From: Macrostomum lignano
Taxonomy: Eukaryota
Direction of reading: 5' to 3'
Length of the DNA: 64,000 nucleotides
Assembly: GCA_002269645.1 (NCBI GenBank)
Contig: NIVC01001726.1
Span: forward strand, 149,925-213,924
Below are positions 61,910 through 64,000 of this stretch, in pieces. The notes under the pieces were generated by a model, which made no database searches, was not told the DNA's origin, and saw only the letters and a list, made by a program, of their open reading frames with translations. Position 1 is the first letter of the stretch. The number at the start of each line of letters is the position of its first letter. Made by a program: the position numbers and the translations under genes.

Positions 61910-63990
61910 AGATCTTGATCTAGGGATTCGGGATCTTGATCTAGGGATTGGAGATCTTGATCTATTGATTCGGGATCTTGATTTATTGATTCGGGATCTT
62001 GACCTATTGATTCGGAATCTTGATCTATTGATTCGGATCTTGATCTAGGTGTTAAGATCTTAATCTAGGTGTTAAGATCTTGATCTAAGGATTTTGAGAT
62101 CTTGATCTAGGGGTTGGGATCTTGATCTAGGGATTGGAGATCTTGATCTATTGATTCGAGATCTTGATCTATTGATCGGGATCTTGATCTAGGTCCTAGG
62201 AGTTAGAGATCTTGATCTACGGATTTGGGATCTTTGATCTAGGGGTTAGAGATCTTGATCTAGGGATTAGGATCTTGATCTAGGGATTCGGGATCTTGAT
62301 CTAGGGATTGGATCTTGATCTAGGGATTGGAGATCTTGATCTATTGATTCGGATCTTGATTTATTGATTCGGGATCTTGATCTATTGATTCGGAATCTTG
62401 ATCTATTGATTCGGGATCTTGATCTAGGTGTTAAGATCTTAATCTAGGTGTTAAGATCTTGATCTAAGGATTTGAGATCTTGATCTAGGGGTTAGACATC
62501 TTGATCTAGGGATTGGGATCTTGATCTAGGGATTGGAGATCTTGATCTATTGATTCGAGATCTTGATCTATTGATTCGGAATCTTGATCTATTGATTCGA
62601 GATCTTGATCTATTGATTCGGGATCTTGATCTAGGTCCTAGGAGTTAGAGATCTTGATCTACGGATTTGGGATCTTTGATCTAGGGGTTAGAGATCTTGA
62701 TCTAGGGATTAGGATCTTGATCTAGGGATTCGGGATCTTGATCTAGGATTGGATCTTGATCTAGGGATTGGAGATCTTGATCTAGGGGTTATACATCTTG
62801 ATCTAGGGATTGGGATCTTGATCTAGGGATTGGAGATCTTGATCTATTGATTCGGGATCTTGATTTATTGATTCGGGATCTTGATCTATTGATTCGGAAT
62901 CTTGATCTATTGATTCGGAATCTTGATCTATTGATTCGGGATCTTGATCTAGGTGTTAAGATCTTAATCTAGGTGTTAAGATCTTGATCTAAGGATTTGA
63001 GATCTTGATCTATTGATTCGGGATCTTGATTTATTGATTCGGGATCTTGATCTATTGATTCGGAATCTTGATCTATTGATTCGGGATCTTGATCTAGGTG
63101 TTAAGATCTTAATCTAGGTGTTAAGATCTTGATCTAAGGATTTGAGATCTTGATCTAGGGGTTGGGATCTTGATCTAGGGATTGGAGATCTTGATCTATT
63201 GATTCGAGATCTTGATCTATTGATCGGGATCTTGATCTAGGTCCTAGGAGTTAGAGATCTTGATCTACGGATTTGGGATCTTTGATCTAGGGGTTAGAGA
63301 TCTTGATCTAGGGATTAGGATCTTGATCTAGGGATTCGGGATCTTGATCTAGGGATTGGGATCTTGATCTAGGGATTGGAGATCTTGATCTAGGGTTATA
63401 CATCTTGATCTAGGGATTGGGATCTTGATCTAGGGATTGGAGATCTTGATCTAGGGTTGGAGATCTTGATCTTGATTCGGGATCTTGATTATTGATTCGG
63501 GATCTTGATCTATTGATTCGGGATCTTGATCTATTGATTCGGGATCTTGATCTAGGTCCTAGGAGTTAGGGATCTTGATCTATGGATTTGGATCTTGATC
63601 TATTGATTGAGATCTTGATCTAGGGATTAGAAATCTTGATCTAGGGATTAGAAATCTTGATCTAGGATTCGGGATCTTGATCTATGGATTGGGGATCTTG
63701 ATCTATGGATTTAGGATCCGATCTATGGATTTGGGATTTTGGGATTTAGATCTCAAGGAGTTAGAGATCTTGATCTAGGATTTGGGATCTTGACCTATGG
63801 ATTGGGGATCTTGATCTATGGATTGGGATCTTGATCTATGGATTTAGGATCTTGATATAGGGATTGGGAATCTTGATCTAGAGTTTGAGAATATTGATCT
63901 GGGGATTGGGATCCTGATCTGGAGACTGGGAGAACAGATCTATGGACAGGTAACCTAGATCTATTAGATTCCTATGATCCTGAGCTTGGA
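61910..63990. repeat. ~20-bp GATC-rich minisatellite (GGATCTTGATCTAGGGATT..) with higher-order blocks, SMC2 intron
   Basis: Direct reading; marker blocks recur (see findings). Confidence 0.95.
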
Positions 63991-64000
63991 TTTTAGTCAC

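Overview
Eukaryotic (metazoan) genomic DNA: GC-rich spliced exons, GT-AG introns and very abundant simple repeats. The style suggests a Macrostomum-like flatworm (inference only). Eight spliced or single-exon protein genes were reconstructed by hand: an NFIL3/vrille-like bZIP (-), a divergent PH+PTB Dok/IRS-like adaptor (-), a FoxC-like forkhead factor (+), TTC39 (+), a secreted 470-aa protein with a tentative cephalotoxin-like motif (-), a GH13 alpha-glucosidase ending in REEL (-), an intronless somatostatin/allatostatin-C-like GPCR (+), and the 3' portion of SMC2 (-; 5' exons lie beyond the window). Most introns hold their own minisatellite, and one 39-42 bp family recurs at six loci. Mobile DNA includes nested hAT MITEs with 8-bp TSDs, other MITEs, two tRNA-derived SINE families, a LINE-type zinc-knuckle ORF and a Helentron/HINE-like remnant. 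Best leads: (1) five RTTRCGYAAY sites plus a CRE clustered upstream of the bZIP gene; (2) the toxin-like secreted protein; (3) four single-base frameshifts in SMC2 (long-read error or pseudogenised copy); (4) a possibly ER-retained GH13; (5) the LINE zinc-finger ORF with a PIP-box-like N-terminus. No CRISPR array, rRNA or convincing tRNA gene was seen. Most long ORFs in the supplied track are repeat artefacts.
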